From assembly GCA_963724695.1 (NCBI GenBank), contig CAVRVW010000008.1, positions 237,290 through 301,289 on the forward strand: a DNA stretch of 64,000 bases, read 5' to 3'. The DNA comes from an uncultured Acidobacteriota bacterium. Lineage in GTDB: Bacteria > Acidobacteriota > Vicinamibacteria > Vicinamibacterales > CAVVIG01. Below the pieces are notes generated by a model. The model was not told the origin of the DNA, made no database searches, and was given only the letters and a program-made list of their open reading frames with translations. This document shows positions 53,175-63,073 of the stretch, piece after piece. The position numbers and the translations under genes are program-made. The stretch's first letter is position 1, and every line of letters starts with the position of its first letter.

Positions 53175-54773
53175 ATGGCCAATTTGCGCTGGAAGATCAT
53201 CCTCATCGTCGTCGTGCTGATCGCCTTCGCTGCGGTCGGTGTCTACCCGATCCTGGCGGGGCGCTACGGCCTGCCGGCGCCCGGCTGGCTGACGGCGCGC
53301 CAGCTCAAGCTCGGGCTGGACCTGAAGGGCGGGGTGCACCTCGTCCTGCGCGTCAACACCGACGATGCCCTGCTGCTGCAGTCCGAAGGCGAAATGGAGC
53401 GGCTGCGCGAGCGGCTCGCCACCGCCAGCATTCAGAGCACCAGCCTGACGATCGTGAGCCCGCGAGAGTTCAGGGTCGAGGGCATTCCACAGAACCAGGA
53501 GGCCGCGTTCCGCGATGCCCTCACCGAGGTCGAGGTCAACTTCGATCGCAGCTCGGGCACCCAGGGCACCTACACGTTCACGATGAAGCCCGGTGTGCAG
53601 GCCACGCTGCGGGACCAGGCCGTGGTGCAGACCCGCCAGACGATCGAGCGCCGCGTGAACGAGCTCGGCGTCACCGAGCCGAGCATCGCACAGCAGGGCG
53701 CGGCGGGCGACCAGATCCTCGTGCAGCTGCCGGGCGTGACGGACGTGAACCGGGCGAAGGAGATCATCCGGTCGACCGGGCTCCTCGAGCTGAAGATCGT
53801 CGAGAACGGGCCGGTCGCCTCGCGCGAAGCGCTGCTCATCAACGGTCAGGAGCCGCCCGGCATGGAGATCGTGCCCGGCGCCAGCGGGATTCCCGGCGAA
53901 GCGGCGACGACGGTGTATTACCTGGTGCGACGGGTGGCCGCGGTCAGCGGCGCGGATCTTCGGAGTGCACGGCCCTCGCTCGACCAGAACGGCCGCCCCG
54001 CGGTCAGCTTCAGCCTCAACTCGGACGGCGCCCGCAAGTTCGGCACCGTGACGGGCCAGAACATCGGTCGCGCGCTCGCGATCATCCTGGACGGCCGCGT
54101 CCACTCGGCGCCGACGATCAACGGGCGCATCACCAACGAGGGCATCATCGAGAACATGGGCTCCCAGGAGGAAGTGGCCGACCTGTCCGTCGTCCTCAAC
54201 TCCGGTTCGCTGGGGGCGTCGCTGACCTACCTCGAAGAGCGCACGATCGGCCCGAGCCTCGGCGCGGACTCGATTCGCGCCGGTGTGTCGGCGTCTCTCG
54301 CCGGCCTGCTGCTCATCATCGTGTTCCTGCTCGTCTACTACAAACTGTCCGGGGTGAATGCCATCATCGCCCTGGTGTTCAACCTGATCATCCTGCTCGG
54401 CCTGATGGCCTACATGGGCGCCGTCATGACCCTGCCGGGCATCGCCGGATTCATCCTGACCATCGGCCTCGGCGTGGACTCGAACGTGCTGATCTTCGAG
54501 CGCATCAAGGAGGAGCTCGAGGCGCAGCGCCCCGTCCGCCAGGCGATCAATGCCGGGTTCAGCCGCGTGTTCCTGACGCTCCTTGACACGCACATCGCTG
54601 CGCTCATCGCCGCGGCCTTCCTGTTCCAGTTCGGTACCGGCCCGATTCGTGGATTTGCCGTGACGCTGTCGGTCGGCCTCGTGTCGAACCTGTTCACCTC
54701 GACGTTCGTGTCGAAGACGCTGTTCGAGCTGGTGTTGAGCAAGCGCCACCAGACCGCGGCGTTGTCCATCTAG
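53175..54773 (+). CDS. secD: Protein translocase subunit SecD
   Basis: 532-aa ORF. LKLGLDLKGGVHL, a large periplasmic domain and a C-terminal 5-TM bundle with GIAGFILTIGLGVDSNVLIFERIKEE. Confidence 0.95.
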   Translation: MANLRWKIILIVVVLIAFAAVGVYPILAGRYGLPAPGWLTARQLKLGLDLKGGVHLVLRVNTDDALLLQSEGEMERLRERLATASIQSTSLTIVSPREFRVEGIPQNQEAAFRDALTEVEVNFDRSSGTQGTYTFTMKPGVQATLRDQAVVQTRQTIERRVNELGVTEPSIAQQGAAGDQILVQLPGVTDVNRAKEIIRSTGLLELKIVENGPVASREALLINGQEPPGMEIVPGASGIPGEAATTVYYLVRRVAAVSGADLRSARPSLDQNGRPAVSFSLNSDGARKFGTVTGQNIGRALAIILDGRVHSAPTINGRITNEGIIENMGSQEEVADLSVVLNSGSLGASLTYLEERTIGPSLGADSIRAGVSASLAGLLLIIVFLLVYYKLSGVNAIIALVFNLIILLGLMAYMGAVMTLPGIAGFILTIGLGVDSNVLIFERIKEELEAQRPVRQAINAGFSRVFLTLLDTHIAALIAAAFLFQFGTGPIRGFAVTLSVGLVSNLFTSTFVSKTLFELVLSKRHQTAALSI

Positions 54774-54775
54774 CC

Positions 54776-55756
54776 ATGCATATCTTCACCAACCCGAACT
54801 TCAACTTCCTTCGCTGGCGCTGGCCGTCGCTCGCGCTGTCGGCCGCCGTCATCGCCGCCGGCGTCGTCATGATGTCGACGCAGGGCCTGCGCCGCAACGT
54901 CGAGTTCGAGGGCGGCATGAACCTGGTCCTCAGGTTCGAGCAGCCGGTCTCGGAGGACCAGATCCGCGGCGCGGTCGAGAACATCCCCGGCGACAAGCAG
55001 GTGCAGCAGTTCGGCGACCGCGGCGGCAACGAGTGGCTGATCCGCGTGCCGCTGGTCGAGGCGGCCGACCCGGGGGCGAGCCTCGCGGCCACCTCCGAAC
55101 AGATCACGAAGGCGTTGGAAGGCGGCGGGCTGCCCAAGTCCGAGATCATCAGCCGCGAAGGCGTGAGCCCGATCATCGGCGCGGACCTGCAGCGCCGGGG
55201 CATCTCCGCGACCGTGCTGTCCATCCTCGCGATCACGGCCTACATCGCGTTCCGCTTCCAGTGGAGCTTCGCGCTCGGCTCGATCGTGGCGACGTTCCAC
55301 GATGTGTTCATCACGCTGGCGTTCCTCGTGTTCTTCCGGTACGAGATGTCGCTCAACATTGTCGCCGCCATGCTGACGATGGTGGGCTACTCGATGAACG
55401 ACATGATCGTCATCTTCGACCGCGTGCGCGAGAACTCGAGGAAGAGCCGCAAGGAACCGCTGGACCAGATGATCAACACCAGCCTCAACCAGACGCTCAC
55501 GCGGACCGTCATCACGTCGGGAACCGTGTTCCTGGCCGTGCTGGCGCTCTACCTGTTCGGCGGTGAGGTGCTCGAGGGCTTCGCGTTCACCATGCTCGTG
55601 GGCACGCTGGCCACCACGTACTCCGGCTGGTTCATCGCGCCTTCTATCGCGATCATGATGAGCGGGCGCGCTTCCGGGGCCGCCGCCGCGCGGGAACAGT
55701 CTCCGCAGCAGCCCGCGCGCAAGGCAAAGCCGCAGCGCAAGGCCAAAGCGTCGTAA
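54776..55756 (+). CDS. secF: Protein translocase subunit SecF
   Basis: 326-aa ORF. FEGGMNL, LTMVGYSMNDMIVIFDRVRE. Immediately follows secD. Confidence 0.95.
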   Translation: MHIFTNPNFNFLRWRWPSLALSAAVIAAGVVMMSTQGLRRNVEFEGGMNLVLRFEQPVSEDQIRGAVENIPGDKQVQQFGDRGGNEWLIRVPLVEAADPGASLAATSEQITKALEGGGLPKSEIISREGVSPIIGADLQRRGISATVLSILAITAYIAFRFQWSFALGSIVATFHDVFITLAFLVFFRYEMSLNIVAAMLTMVGYSMNDMIVIFDRVRENSRKSRKEPLDQMINTSLNQTLTRTVITSGTVFLAVLALYLFGGEVLEGFAFTMLVGTLATTYSGWFIAPSIAIMMSGRASGAAAAREQSPQQPARKAKPQRKAKAS

Positions 55757-55761
55757 GCGTC

Positions 55762-56565
55762 TTGCCCACCGCAGTTCAGGCAGCGCTCCTCGGGGTCGTC
55801 CAGGGACTGACCGAGTTTCTGCCGGTATCCTCCACGGCGCACCTGCTCGTCGGGCAGCGGCTCCTCGGCTACGAGGATCCGGGCGGCGTCTTTGCCGTCA
55901 TGATCCAGCTCGGGTCGATTCTGGCCGTGATGTGGCTGTACCGGTCGACCATCGTTCGCGTGGTGTCGGGGCTGCCGACGAGCGCCGAGGCCCGCCGCTT
56001 CGCGCTGATGATCTTCGTCGCCTTCCTCCCGGCGGTCGTGGCGGGTGCCTTCTTTGCTGACTTCGTCCAGACCGTGCTCTACGAGAGCGTGCGCGTCTAT
56101 GCGTGGACCTTCATACTCGGCGGCGTGGTGATGCTCGTGGTGGAGCGCATGGGGCCGGTACCGACAGTGCATCGGGTGGAACAGACAACGGTCTCGCGTG
56201 CCGCCGCGATTGGCGCCTGCCAGACGCTCGCGCTCGTGCCAGGCATGTCGCGCTCGGGAGCCACGATCATCGGCGGCCTGATGGCGGGTCTCGACCGGAC
56301 GACCGCGGCAGAGTTCTCGTTCTTCCTGGCCATGCCGACGATGATGGCGGCGTTCGTCTACGAGCTGCTCGAGGTGCAGGGCCAGTTCGCCCGGGGGCAG
56401 GCCCTGGAGATTGCCATCGGGTTCGTCACGGCGTTCGTGGCGGCCTTGATCGTGGTCAAACCGTTTCTGGCGGTGGTGACACGCGTGGGCTTCGTGCCGT
56501 TTGCCTGGTATCGGATCGGGTTCGGGGCCCTGCTCCTCGCCGGGTCGGCCGCCGGATGGGCCTGA
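55762..56565 (+). CDS. uppP: Undecaprenyl-diphosphate phosphatase (BacA/UppP)
   Basis: GVVQGLTEFLPVSSTAHL and PGMSRSGATI motifs, 8 TM helices. TTG start as listed. Confidence 0.92.
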   Translation: MPTAVQAALLGVVQGLTEFLPVSSTAHLLVGQRLLGYEDPGGVFAVMIQLGSILAVMWLYRSTIVRVVSGLPTSAEARRFALMIFVAFLPAVVAGAFFADFVQTVLYESVRVYAWTFILGGVVMLVVERMGPVPTVHRVEQTTVSRAAAIGACQTLALVPGMSRSGATIIGGLMAGLDRTTAAEFSFFLAMPTMMAAFVYELLEVQGQFARGQALEIAIGFVTAFVAALIVVKPFLAVVTRVGFVPFAWYRIGFGALLLAGSAAGWA

Positions 56566-56571
56566 AACGCG

Positions 56572-57180
56572 ATGCAGTGGCTCCGCCGCAACTTCATCAC
56601 CGGGTTCTTCGTCACGGTCCCGCTGTTCATCAGCATCGTGACCTTCATCTGGATTTTCGAGTTCGTCGACGGGTTGACGACGCCGCTCTTCATGCGCCTG
56701 TTCAGGCGCCACGTGCCCGGCGTGGGCATCGTGGCGACGGCGGCGGTGGTCGTCGCGGCCGGGGCGTTCGCGACCAATGTCATCGGGAAGCGCCTGCTGC
56801 AGACCGCCGAGGGCTACCTGCTCCGGGTGCCGGTCTTTCGCACGATCTACGCCCCGGTGAAGCAGCTCGTGGCGGCGTTTTCGCCGGACAACGAGTTCGG
56901 GTTCAAACGGGTGGTGATGCTGTCGGACAGGCAGGGGCTGTCGTTGGGGTTCCTGACGAAGGAGTTCACCGTCGATCGCGGGCAGGGGCCGGAGTCCATG
57001 CTGGCGGTCTATGTGCCGACTAATCACCTCTACCTGGGCGACATCGTCATCTGTGAACGGGCCCGGGCGACCTTTCCGGACATTACCGTCGAGGAGGGAA
57101 TTCGGATCTTCCTGACGGGCGGGATGGCACTGCCGTCGCAGGTGAGGGGCCAGGCGGCGGACAAGGTTGACGGCGCCTGA
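56572..57180 (+). CDS. DUF502 domain-containing membrane protein
   Basis: 202-aa ORF. GFFVTVPLFISIVTFIWIF, LLRVPVFRTIY, PTNHLYLGDIV. Confidence 0.8.
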   Translation: MQWLRRNFITGFFVTVPLFISIVTFIWIFEFVDGLTTPLFMRLFRRHVPGVGIVATAAVVVAAGAFATNVIGKRLLQTAEGYLLRVPVFRTIYAPVKQLVAAFSPDNEFGFKRVVMLSDRQGLSLGFLTKEFTVDRGQGPESMLAVYVPTNHLYLGDIVICERARATFPDITVEEGIRIFLTGGMALPSQVRGQAADKVDGA

Positions 57181-57284
57181 GGCGCTTCCGAGTATAATTC
57201 CACCCTTTTGTCGGGAGACGAACCCCGCGTGCAGTGAAGACCTGGGCCGGGGCCCTGACACACGTGAATATTTAGAGAGGTCAG

Positions 57285-59752
57285 ATGAACGCGATCGTGA
57301 AGAGTTTTCTGAAGCGGCTGCTGGTTCCCTCGCTCCTGCTGGGCGCCCTGACGGCCGCGCCCGCGCTGGCGGTGGCGCAGCAAGAAACGCAGACCCAGGC
57401 GGCACATACGGGAGGCGGCGAGGCGAACCTCGTGCTGCCGGACCTGAGCACCGTTGACTTCAATGGGATAAGCGGGCCGACCCTCCTGATGGGCGGCATC
57501 GGCGTGTGCATTCTCGGCCTGCTGTTCGGCCTGATGACTTTCACGCAGCTCAAGAACCTGCCGGTGCACCGCTCGATGCTCGAGGTGTCCGAGCTGATCT
57601 ACGAGACGTGCAAGACCTATCTGATCACGCAGGGCAAGTTCATCCTGGTCCTCGAGCTCTTCATCGGCGTGATCATGGTGTTCTACTTCGGCGTCCTGCA
57701 GGAGATGGAGGCCTTCCGCGTCGCGGTGATCCTGCTCTTCAGCCTGATCGGCATCGCAGGCAGCTACGGCGTCGCGTGGTTCGGGATCCGGGTCAATACG
57801 TTCGCCAACTCCCGGGCCGCGTTTGCCAGCTTGCGCGGGCAAGCCGTTCCCCATTTATGCGATTCCGCTTCGCTCCGGCATGAGCATCGGCATGCTGCTC
57901 ATCAGCGTCGAGCTGTTGCTCATGCTCAGCATTCTGCTCTTCATGCCGCGTGACTACGCGGGAGCCTGCTTCATCGGCTTTGCCATCGGCGAGTCGCTCG
58001 GCGCGGCCGCCCTCCGAATCGCCGGCGGCATCTTCACGAAGATCGCCGACATCGGATCGGACCTGATGAAGATCGTCTTCAACATCAAGGAAGACGACGC
58101 GCGCAACCCGGGCGTGATTGCCGACTGCGTCGGGGACAACGCGGGCGATTCGGTCGGGCCGAGCGCTGACGGCTTCGAGACCTACGGCGTGACTGGCGTC
58201 GCGCTCATCGTGTTCATCGTGAACGCCGTGCCAGAACCGACCGTGCAGGTCCAGCTGCTCGTCTGGATCTTCGTCATGCGCATCATGATGATCATCGCGA
58301 GCGGGCTGTCGTATTTCGTGAACGAGGCGATCGCCAAGAGCAAGTACGACGAACGTGGACAAGATGAACTTCGAGGCGCCGTTGACGACGCTCGTGTGGC
58401 TGACCTCGATTGTCTCGGTGGTCATCACCTACGCGGTGTCGTATGTGCTCGTGCCGGATCTGGGCGACGGGTCGCTCTGGTGGAAGCTCTCGACCGTGAT
58501 CACGTGCGGGACGCTGGCGGGCGCGATCATCCCGGAGTTCGTCAAGGTCTTCACGTCGACCGAGTCGGGCCACGTCCGGGAAGTCGTGGCCTCCTCGAGA
58601 GAGGGCGGCGCGTCGCTGAACATCCTCTCCGGTTTTGTCGCGGGCAACTTCAGCGCGTACTGGCTGGGCCTGACCATCGTGTTCCTGATGGGCATCGCCT
58701 ACTGGGTGAGCCTCTTCGGCCTGGGCGATCTCATGCTGGCGCCGGCCGTGTTCGCCTTCGGGCTCGTGGCGTTCGGGTTCCTCGGCATGGGGCCGGTCAC
58801 AATCGCGGTCGATAGCTACGGCCCGGTCACGGACAACGCGCAGTCGGTCTTCGAGCTCTCGGTCATCGAGCAGATTCCCGGCATCAAGGAAGAGCTGAAG
58901 AAGACGTACGGCTTCGACGTGCGCTTCGAGCGGGCGAAGGATCTGCTCGAGGAGAACGACGGCGCCGGCAACACGTTCAAGGCGACCGCCAAGCCCGTGC
59001 TCATCGGCACGGCGGTGGTCGGCGCGACGACGATGACCTTCTCGATCATCGTGGCGCTCACGCACGGCCTGACCCAGAACCTGGACAAGCTGTCGCTGCT
59101 GCACCCGCCGTTCATGCTGGGGCTCATCACGGGCGGCGCGGTGGTGTACTGGTTCACCGGCGCCTCGGCCCAGGCGGTCACGACCGGCGCCTACCGCGCG
59201 GTGGAGTTCATCAAGGCGAACATCAAGCTCGAAGGCGCCGAGAAGGCGTCGGTCGAGGACAGCAAGAAGGTGGTGGAGATCTGCACGCAATACGCGCAGA
59301 AGGGGATGTTCAACATCTTCCTCACCGTCTTCTTCTCCACCCTCGCATTTGCCCTGGTGGAGCCCTACTTCTTCATCGGCTACCTGATGTCGATCGCGAT
59401 GTTCGGCCTGTACCAGGCCATTTTCATGGCCAACGCGGGCGGCGCCTGGGACAACGCGAAGAAGATCGTCGAGGTGGAGCTCAAGGCAAAGGGCACACCG
59501 CTCCATGCCGCGACGGTGGTGGGCGACACGGTGGGCGATCCCTTCAAGGACACGTCGTCGGTGGCGCTGAACCCGGTGATCAAGTTCACGACGCTGTTCG
59601 GGCTGCTGGCCGTCGAGCTGGGCGTGAAGCTGTCGACCGACGTGGGAGCCGGGCTCACGCACAGGCTGGCGGCGGTTTTCCTGGTGCTTTCGATGGTCTT
59701 TGTCTACCGGTCGTTCTACGGCATGCGGATTGGCGGGGCGTCGGGGGCGTAG
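57285..59752 (+). pseudogene. hppA: Membrane H+(/Na+)-translocating pyrophosphatase, two +1 frame breaks as assembled
   Basis: Three consecutive forward frames (57285, 57823, 58355) each carry contiguous H+-PPase sequence: ...NSRAAFASLRG | KPFPIYAIPLRSGMSIGMLL...GGIFTKIADIGSDL...DNAGDSVGP... | DKMNFEAPLTTL...DSYGPVTDNA...GGAWDNAKK...GDTVGDPFKDT. Breaks lie near 57833-57842 (GGG) and 58348-58357. Confidence 0.9.
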
Positions 59753-59834
59753 GTATTTGGCGCACGGCCGGGCTTCGCGCCCGGTCGATGGCCACTTCCC
59801 GGTTTCCGGTGTCTAACCATCGCCAGAAGTTTCG

Positions 59835-59864
59835 TTGACTCTCGGAATTTCGGGTGACTATAAT
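59835..59864 (+). promoter_or_regulatory. Putative sigma-70 promoter of the tonB-exbB-exbD-exbD operon
   Basis: TTGACT (59835-59840), 18-nt spacer, TATAAT (59859-59864). Leaves a ~190-nt GC-rich leader before the tonB GTG. Confidence 0.55.
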
Positions 59865-60057
59865 CGCCGCCTTTGTCGCACGTCGGTGCTTGGCTCAGGC
59901 GGTGAGGGCGCGGTCAGGGCAACGACAGAGGAACGACCAGCCGCAGCGGCCGCGAGGCCGAAGCGGTTGCGCAACCCCGACGCGCGTCGGGGCATCCGGG
60001 CCGGGTGGCCCTGGGGTAACCCGGCCGACGAGGTCGTGGTAACGAGGAGGACGAGCC

Positions 60058-60783
60058 GTGGCAGCGAACATGTTCGGCGATATCGTCGAGCCGTCGATCA
60101 AGGTAGGCAACAAGGCTTGGTACACGGTTCCGCTGTCGATCCTCGTGCATACGGCGATTATCGGCGCGGTGATCATCATCCCCATCCTGGCCGCACCGAT
60201 GCTGCCTGGCGTGCCGTCGATGATGGCGTTCGTGGCCGCTCCGCCGCCGCCGCCCCCCCCGCCGCCGCCGCCCCCGCCACCACAGGCGGCCGCGGCGCCC
60301 AAGCCGGTGATGGACGTGAACCCGCAGGCGGCGCCGGTCGAGGCGCCGAAAGAGATTGCCCCTGAGACGGGTCTCGAGCAGGGCAACAGGGACGCGGCGG
60401 CCGGCATCGAAGGCGGTGTTGTCGGCGGAATCCAGGGCGGCATTGTCGGCGGCCTCGAAGCGGCTCCGCCGCCGCCTCCACCCCCGCCACCTCCGGCGCC
60501 GGTGCGCGTCGGCGGCAACATCAAGCCCCCGACCAAGGTGAAGGACGTCCGGCCCACCTACCCGCCGATCGCGCAGTCGGCGCGTGTTCAGGGCGTCGTC
60601 ATCATCGAGGCGACGATCGGCCCGAGCGGCGCGGTGCAGGAAGCCAAGGTGCTGCGGTCGATTCCGCTGCTCGATGCGGCGGCGCTCGACGCGGTGCGGC
60701 AGTGGCAGTTCACCCCGACGCTCCTGAACGGTGTCCCGGTGCCGGTCATCATGACGGTCACGGTCAATTTCACGCTGCAATAG
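60058..60783 (+). CDS. tonB: Energy transducer TonB
   Basis: GTG start 7 nt after AGGAGG. An N-terminal TM helix and two poly-Pro tracts. C-terminal TonB domain (YPPIAQSARVQGVVIIEATIGPSGAVQEAKVLRS...AALDAVRQWQFTP). Confidence 0.9.
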   Translation: MAANMFGDIVEPSIKVGNKAWYTVPLSILVHTAIIGAVIIIPILAAPMLPGVPSMMAFVAAPPPPPPPPPPPPPPQAAAAPKPVMDVNPQAAPVEAPKEIAPETGLEQGNRDAAAGIEGGVVGGIQGGIVGGLEAAPPPPPPPPPPAPVRVGGNIKPPTKVKDVRPTYPPIAQSARVQGVVIIEATIGPSGAVQEAKVLRSIPLLDAAALDAVRQWQFTPTLLNGVPVPVIMTVTVNFTLQ

Positions 60784-60860
60784 ATTTTCAGTCACAGGGG
60801 CCGGCGGGTTGCCTGCCCTGGAGTTTGAGCTCGTAACCTCGTCTGGATGGAGGGTGGACC

Positions 60861-61535
60861 GTGGATTTCATGGAAATGTGGGAACAGATGGGTTTCGTCG
60901 CCAAGGCGGTGGCGTTCATTCTCGTGATCATGTCGATGTGGTCCATCGGCGTGGCCATTGAGCGCTACTTCACCTATTCGCAGGCGCGCAAGCAGTCCAA
61001 GCTGTACGCGCCTCAGGTGGCGAAGCACCTCAAGGAAGGCCGCCTGAAGGACGCGATCGCGCTCTCCTCCTCCAAGAACTATCGCTACAGCCACCTCGCC
61101 AAGGTCGTGCTCGCCGGCCTGCAGGAGTACCAGTTCCAGCAGGAGAGTGGCGGCGCGTCGCTCAGCCGCGAAGACCTGATGGACACCGTCCGCCGGTCGA
61201 TTCAGCGCGCGTCGGCGCTGACCGCCTCCGACCTCAAGAAGGGCGTTTCGGCGCTTGCGACCATCGGATCGACGGCGCCGTTCGTCGGGCTGCTCGGCAC
61301 GGTGGTCGGCGTGATCAACGCGTTCCAGGGCATCGGCAACAGCGGCTCGGCAGGTATCGGCGCCGTGTCGGTCGGTATTTCGGAAGCGCTCGTCGAGACC
61401 GCGCTCGGCCTCGTCGTCGCCATCCCGGCGGTCTGGTTCTACAACTACCTGTCGGGGCAGATCGAGTACTTCAACGTGGAGATGGACAACTCCTCGTCGG
61501 AGCTGGTCGACTACTTCATCAAGAAGACGGCGTAA
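60861..61535 (+). CDS. exbB: MotA/TolQ/ExbB proton-channel protein
   Basis: 224-aa ORF with 3 TM helices. LATIGSTAPFVGLLGTVVGVINAF motif. Confidence 0.9.
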   Translation: MDFMEMWEQMGFVAKAVAFILVIMSMWSIGVAIERYFTYSQARKQSKLYAPQVAKHLKEGRLKDAIALSSSKNYRYSHLAKVVLAGLQEYQFQQESGGASLSREDLMDTVRRSIQRASALTASDLKKGVSALATIGSTAPFVGLLGTVVGVINAFQGIGNSGSAGIGAVSVGISEALVETALGLVVAIPAVWFYNYLSGQIEYFNVEMDNSSSELVDYFIKKTA

Positions 61536-61630
61536 GTGACGTGGTAGCCCCGGGGCCCGTGTTCGGGCCCCGGTGAGCGACGTCGCCGGGTCCTTTCGGA
61601 CCCGGCAGCAAGTGTCAGGGAGAGTCTGCC

Positions 61631-62074
61631 ATGTCAATGAGTGTTGGCGGGGATAAAGGCGGGGTCAAGGCCGACATCAACGTGACGCCCCTCGTGGACG
61701 TCATGCTGGTGCTGCTCATCATCATGATGCTCGTCGCCCCCATGCTGCAGCAGGGCGTCAGCGTCCAGCTGCCCCGTGCGAGCAATTCCGACCAGAAGCC
61801 GGAGTCGCAGGAACAGGCGGTGATCGCCATCGCGGCGAACAAGTCCCTCTACCTGAATGCACGGCCGATTCAGGAGGCCGAGCTCGCGACCAAGGTCAGT
61901 GAGTTTCTCGAGAGCAAGAGCGAGAAGATCGTCCTGATCAAGGCCGACATCGACGTGGACTACGGGACCGTGATGGCGGCGATGGACCAGCTGCGGACCG
62001 CCGGCGTCGAGGACATCGGCCTCATCACCGAGCCACGCCAGGAGCAGGGCGCGCCGTCAGGAGGTCAGGACTAA
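61631..62074 (+). CDS. exbD: Biopolymer transport protein ExbD/TolR
   Basis: ADINVTPLVDVMLVLLIIMM anchor motif and a periplasmic domain. Confidence 0.9.
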   Translation: MSMSVGGDKGGVKADINVTPLVDVMLVLLIIMMLVAPMLQQGVSVQLPRASNSDQKPESQEQAVIAIAANKSLYLNARPIQEAELATKVSEFLESKSEKIVLIKADIDVDYGTVMAAMDQLRTAGVEDIGLITEPRQEQGAPSGGQD

Positions 62075-62544
62075 TGGCTCACGCCCATCATCATCTCGGC
62101 GCCGACAAGGTCGTCACCAGCGCACTGCCGACGGCCAGCTCCGACATGAACGTCACGCCGCTCATCGACGTGCTGCTCGTGCTGCTCGTCATCTTCATGG
62201 CCACCCTGCCGCTCGGACAGCGCGGGATGGACATCAACCTCCCGGCCGAGACGAAGAGCGCCGCGCAGGTCGACACGACCGTCAGCCAGATCGTGCTCGA
62301 CTACTCGGCCGATCGCCGGATCAGCATCAACCAGAAGGACATCCCCATGGCCGGGCTCGAAGGCGAGCTGCGGACCATCTTCGAAGCCCGCAAGGACAAG
62401 AAGATGTTCATCATGGGAGCCGAGACGCTTCGCTACGGCGACATTGTCGAGGTCATCGACGCGGCGCGCGGCGCCGGCGTCGAGCAGGTGGGCATCATCA
62501 CGGCCGGCATGCGTCGCGCCGCCGGCGTCCAGGCCAGCAACTAG
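62074..62544 (+). CDS. exbD: Biopolymer transport protein ExbD/TolR (second copy)
   Basis: DMNVTPLIDVLLVLLVIFM anchor motif. Its start overlaps the previous stop (TAATG). Confidence 0.9.
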   Translation: MAHAHHHLGADKVVTSALPTASSDMNVTPLIDVLLVLLVIFMATLPLGQRGMDINLPAETKSAAQVDTTVSQIVLDYSADRRISINQKDIPMAGLEGELRTIFEARKDKKMFIMGAETLRYGDIVEVIDAARGAGVEQVGIITAGMRRAAGVQASN

Positions 62545-62689
62545 CCGCCGGCTTCGCCGGCGGAAGTTCGAACTTCGAAGGCAGAACTACGAAGGACATC
62601 GTCCTTCGTAGTTCTTCCTCCGTCGGCACTGCATTCGTGCCTCACTTCCTTAGTTCGTAGTTCTTCCTTCTAAGTTCTAACTTCCCAGC
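62545..62689. repeat. Composite hairpin/heptamer repeat region upstream of sugE
   Basis: Hairpin CCGCCGGC-ttc-GCCGGCGG (62545-62563). Perfect 15-bp hairpin agaactacgaaggac-atc-gtccttcgtagttct (62583-62615). The TTCNNNN heptamer block ttcgtag ttcttcc ttctaag ttctaac ttcc (62654-62685) is repeated exactly at 63077-63108. Confidence 0.9.
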
Positions 62690-63016
62690 ATGGCTTCGTC
62701 CTGGATCATCCTCGGTGTCGCCGCCCTCTGCGAGGTCGCGTGGGCCATCGGCCTCAAGTACTCGGAGGGCTTCAGCCGGCTGTGGCCATCGCTCTGGACG
62801 CTCGCCATGCTGGCGCTGAGCGTGGGCCTGCTGGCCCTGGCGGCTCGAACGCTCCCTATCGGGACCGCTTATGCCGTCTGGACCGGCCTCGGCGCCGCCG
62901 GCACGGCGGTCCTGGGCGTCTGGTTGTTCGGGGAGTCGATGACCGCCCTCAGGCTCGCCTGCATCGGCCTGATCGTCGCTGGCGTGGTGGGATTGAAGCT
63001 CGTGTCGCCGGAGTAG
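62690..63016 (+). CDS. sugE: SMR-family small multidrug resistance / guanidinium exporter (SugE/Gdx-like)
   Basis: 108-aa ORF with 4 TM helices. ALCEVAWAIGLKYSEGF contains the conserved membrane Glu. YAVWTGLGAAGTA. Confidence 0.88.
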   Translation: MASSWIILGVAALCEVAWAIGLKYSEGFSRLWPSLWTLAMLALSVGLLALAARTLPIGTAYAVWTGLGAAGTAVLGVWLFGESMTALRLACIGLIVAGVVGLKLVSPE

Positions 63017-63032
63017 AACGAGGCACCGAGTG

Positions 63033-63065
63033 AAAAAAGGCCCGAGCGGAGCGCACCCGGGCCTT
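63033..63065 (-). terminator. Rho-independent terminator (minus strand) of the TonB-dependent receptor gene
   Basis: The minus strand reads AAGGCCCG-ggtgcgctccgct-CGGGCCTT followed by TTTTTT. Confidence 0.6.
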
Positions 63066-63073
63066 CGAACGAG

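Noticed and set aside
57167-57198. Sigma-70 promoter TTGACG ... TATAAT upstream of hppA
   Set aside because: Both hexamers are good, but the spacer is 20 nt, outside the usual 16-18-nt range, so it is not reported as a feature.
59865-60057. Cobalamin (or c-di-GMP-I) riboswitch in the tonB leader
   Set aside because: The leader has superficial GGTGAGGG / CAGGGCAA strings. It lacks the B12 box (GCCACTG) and the GGUG-GAA-CC core, and it lacks the GEMM ACGCAAAGCC elements.
62545-62689. Guanidine riboswitch (ykkC, mini-ykkC or guanidine-III) upstream of sugE
   Set aside because: The hairpins here have an ATC or TTC loop, not the paired ACGR tetraloop hairpins of mini-ykkC. Neither the ykkC nor the guanidine-III consensus is visible. 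The sequence belongs to the heptamer repeat family instead.
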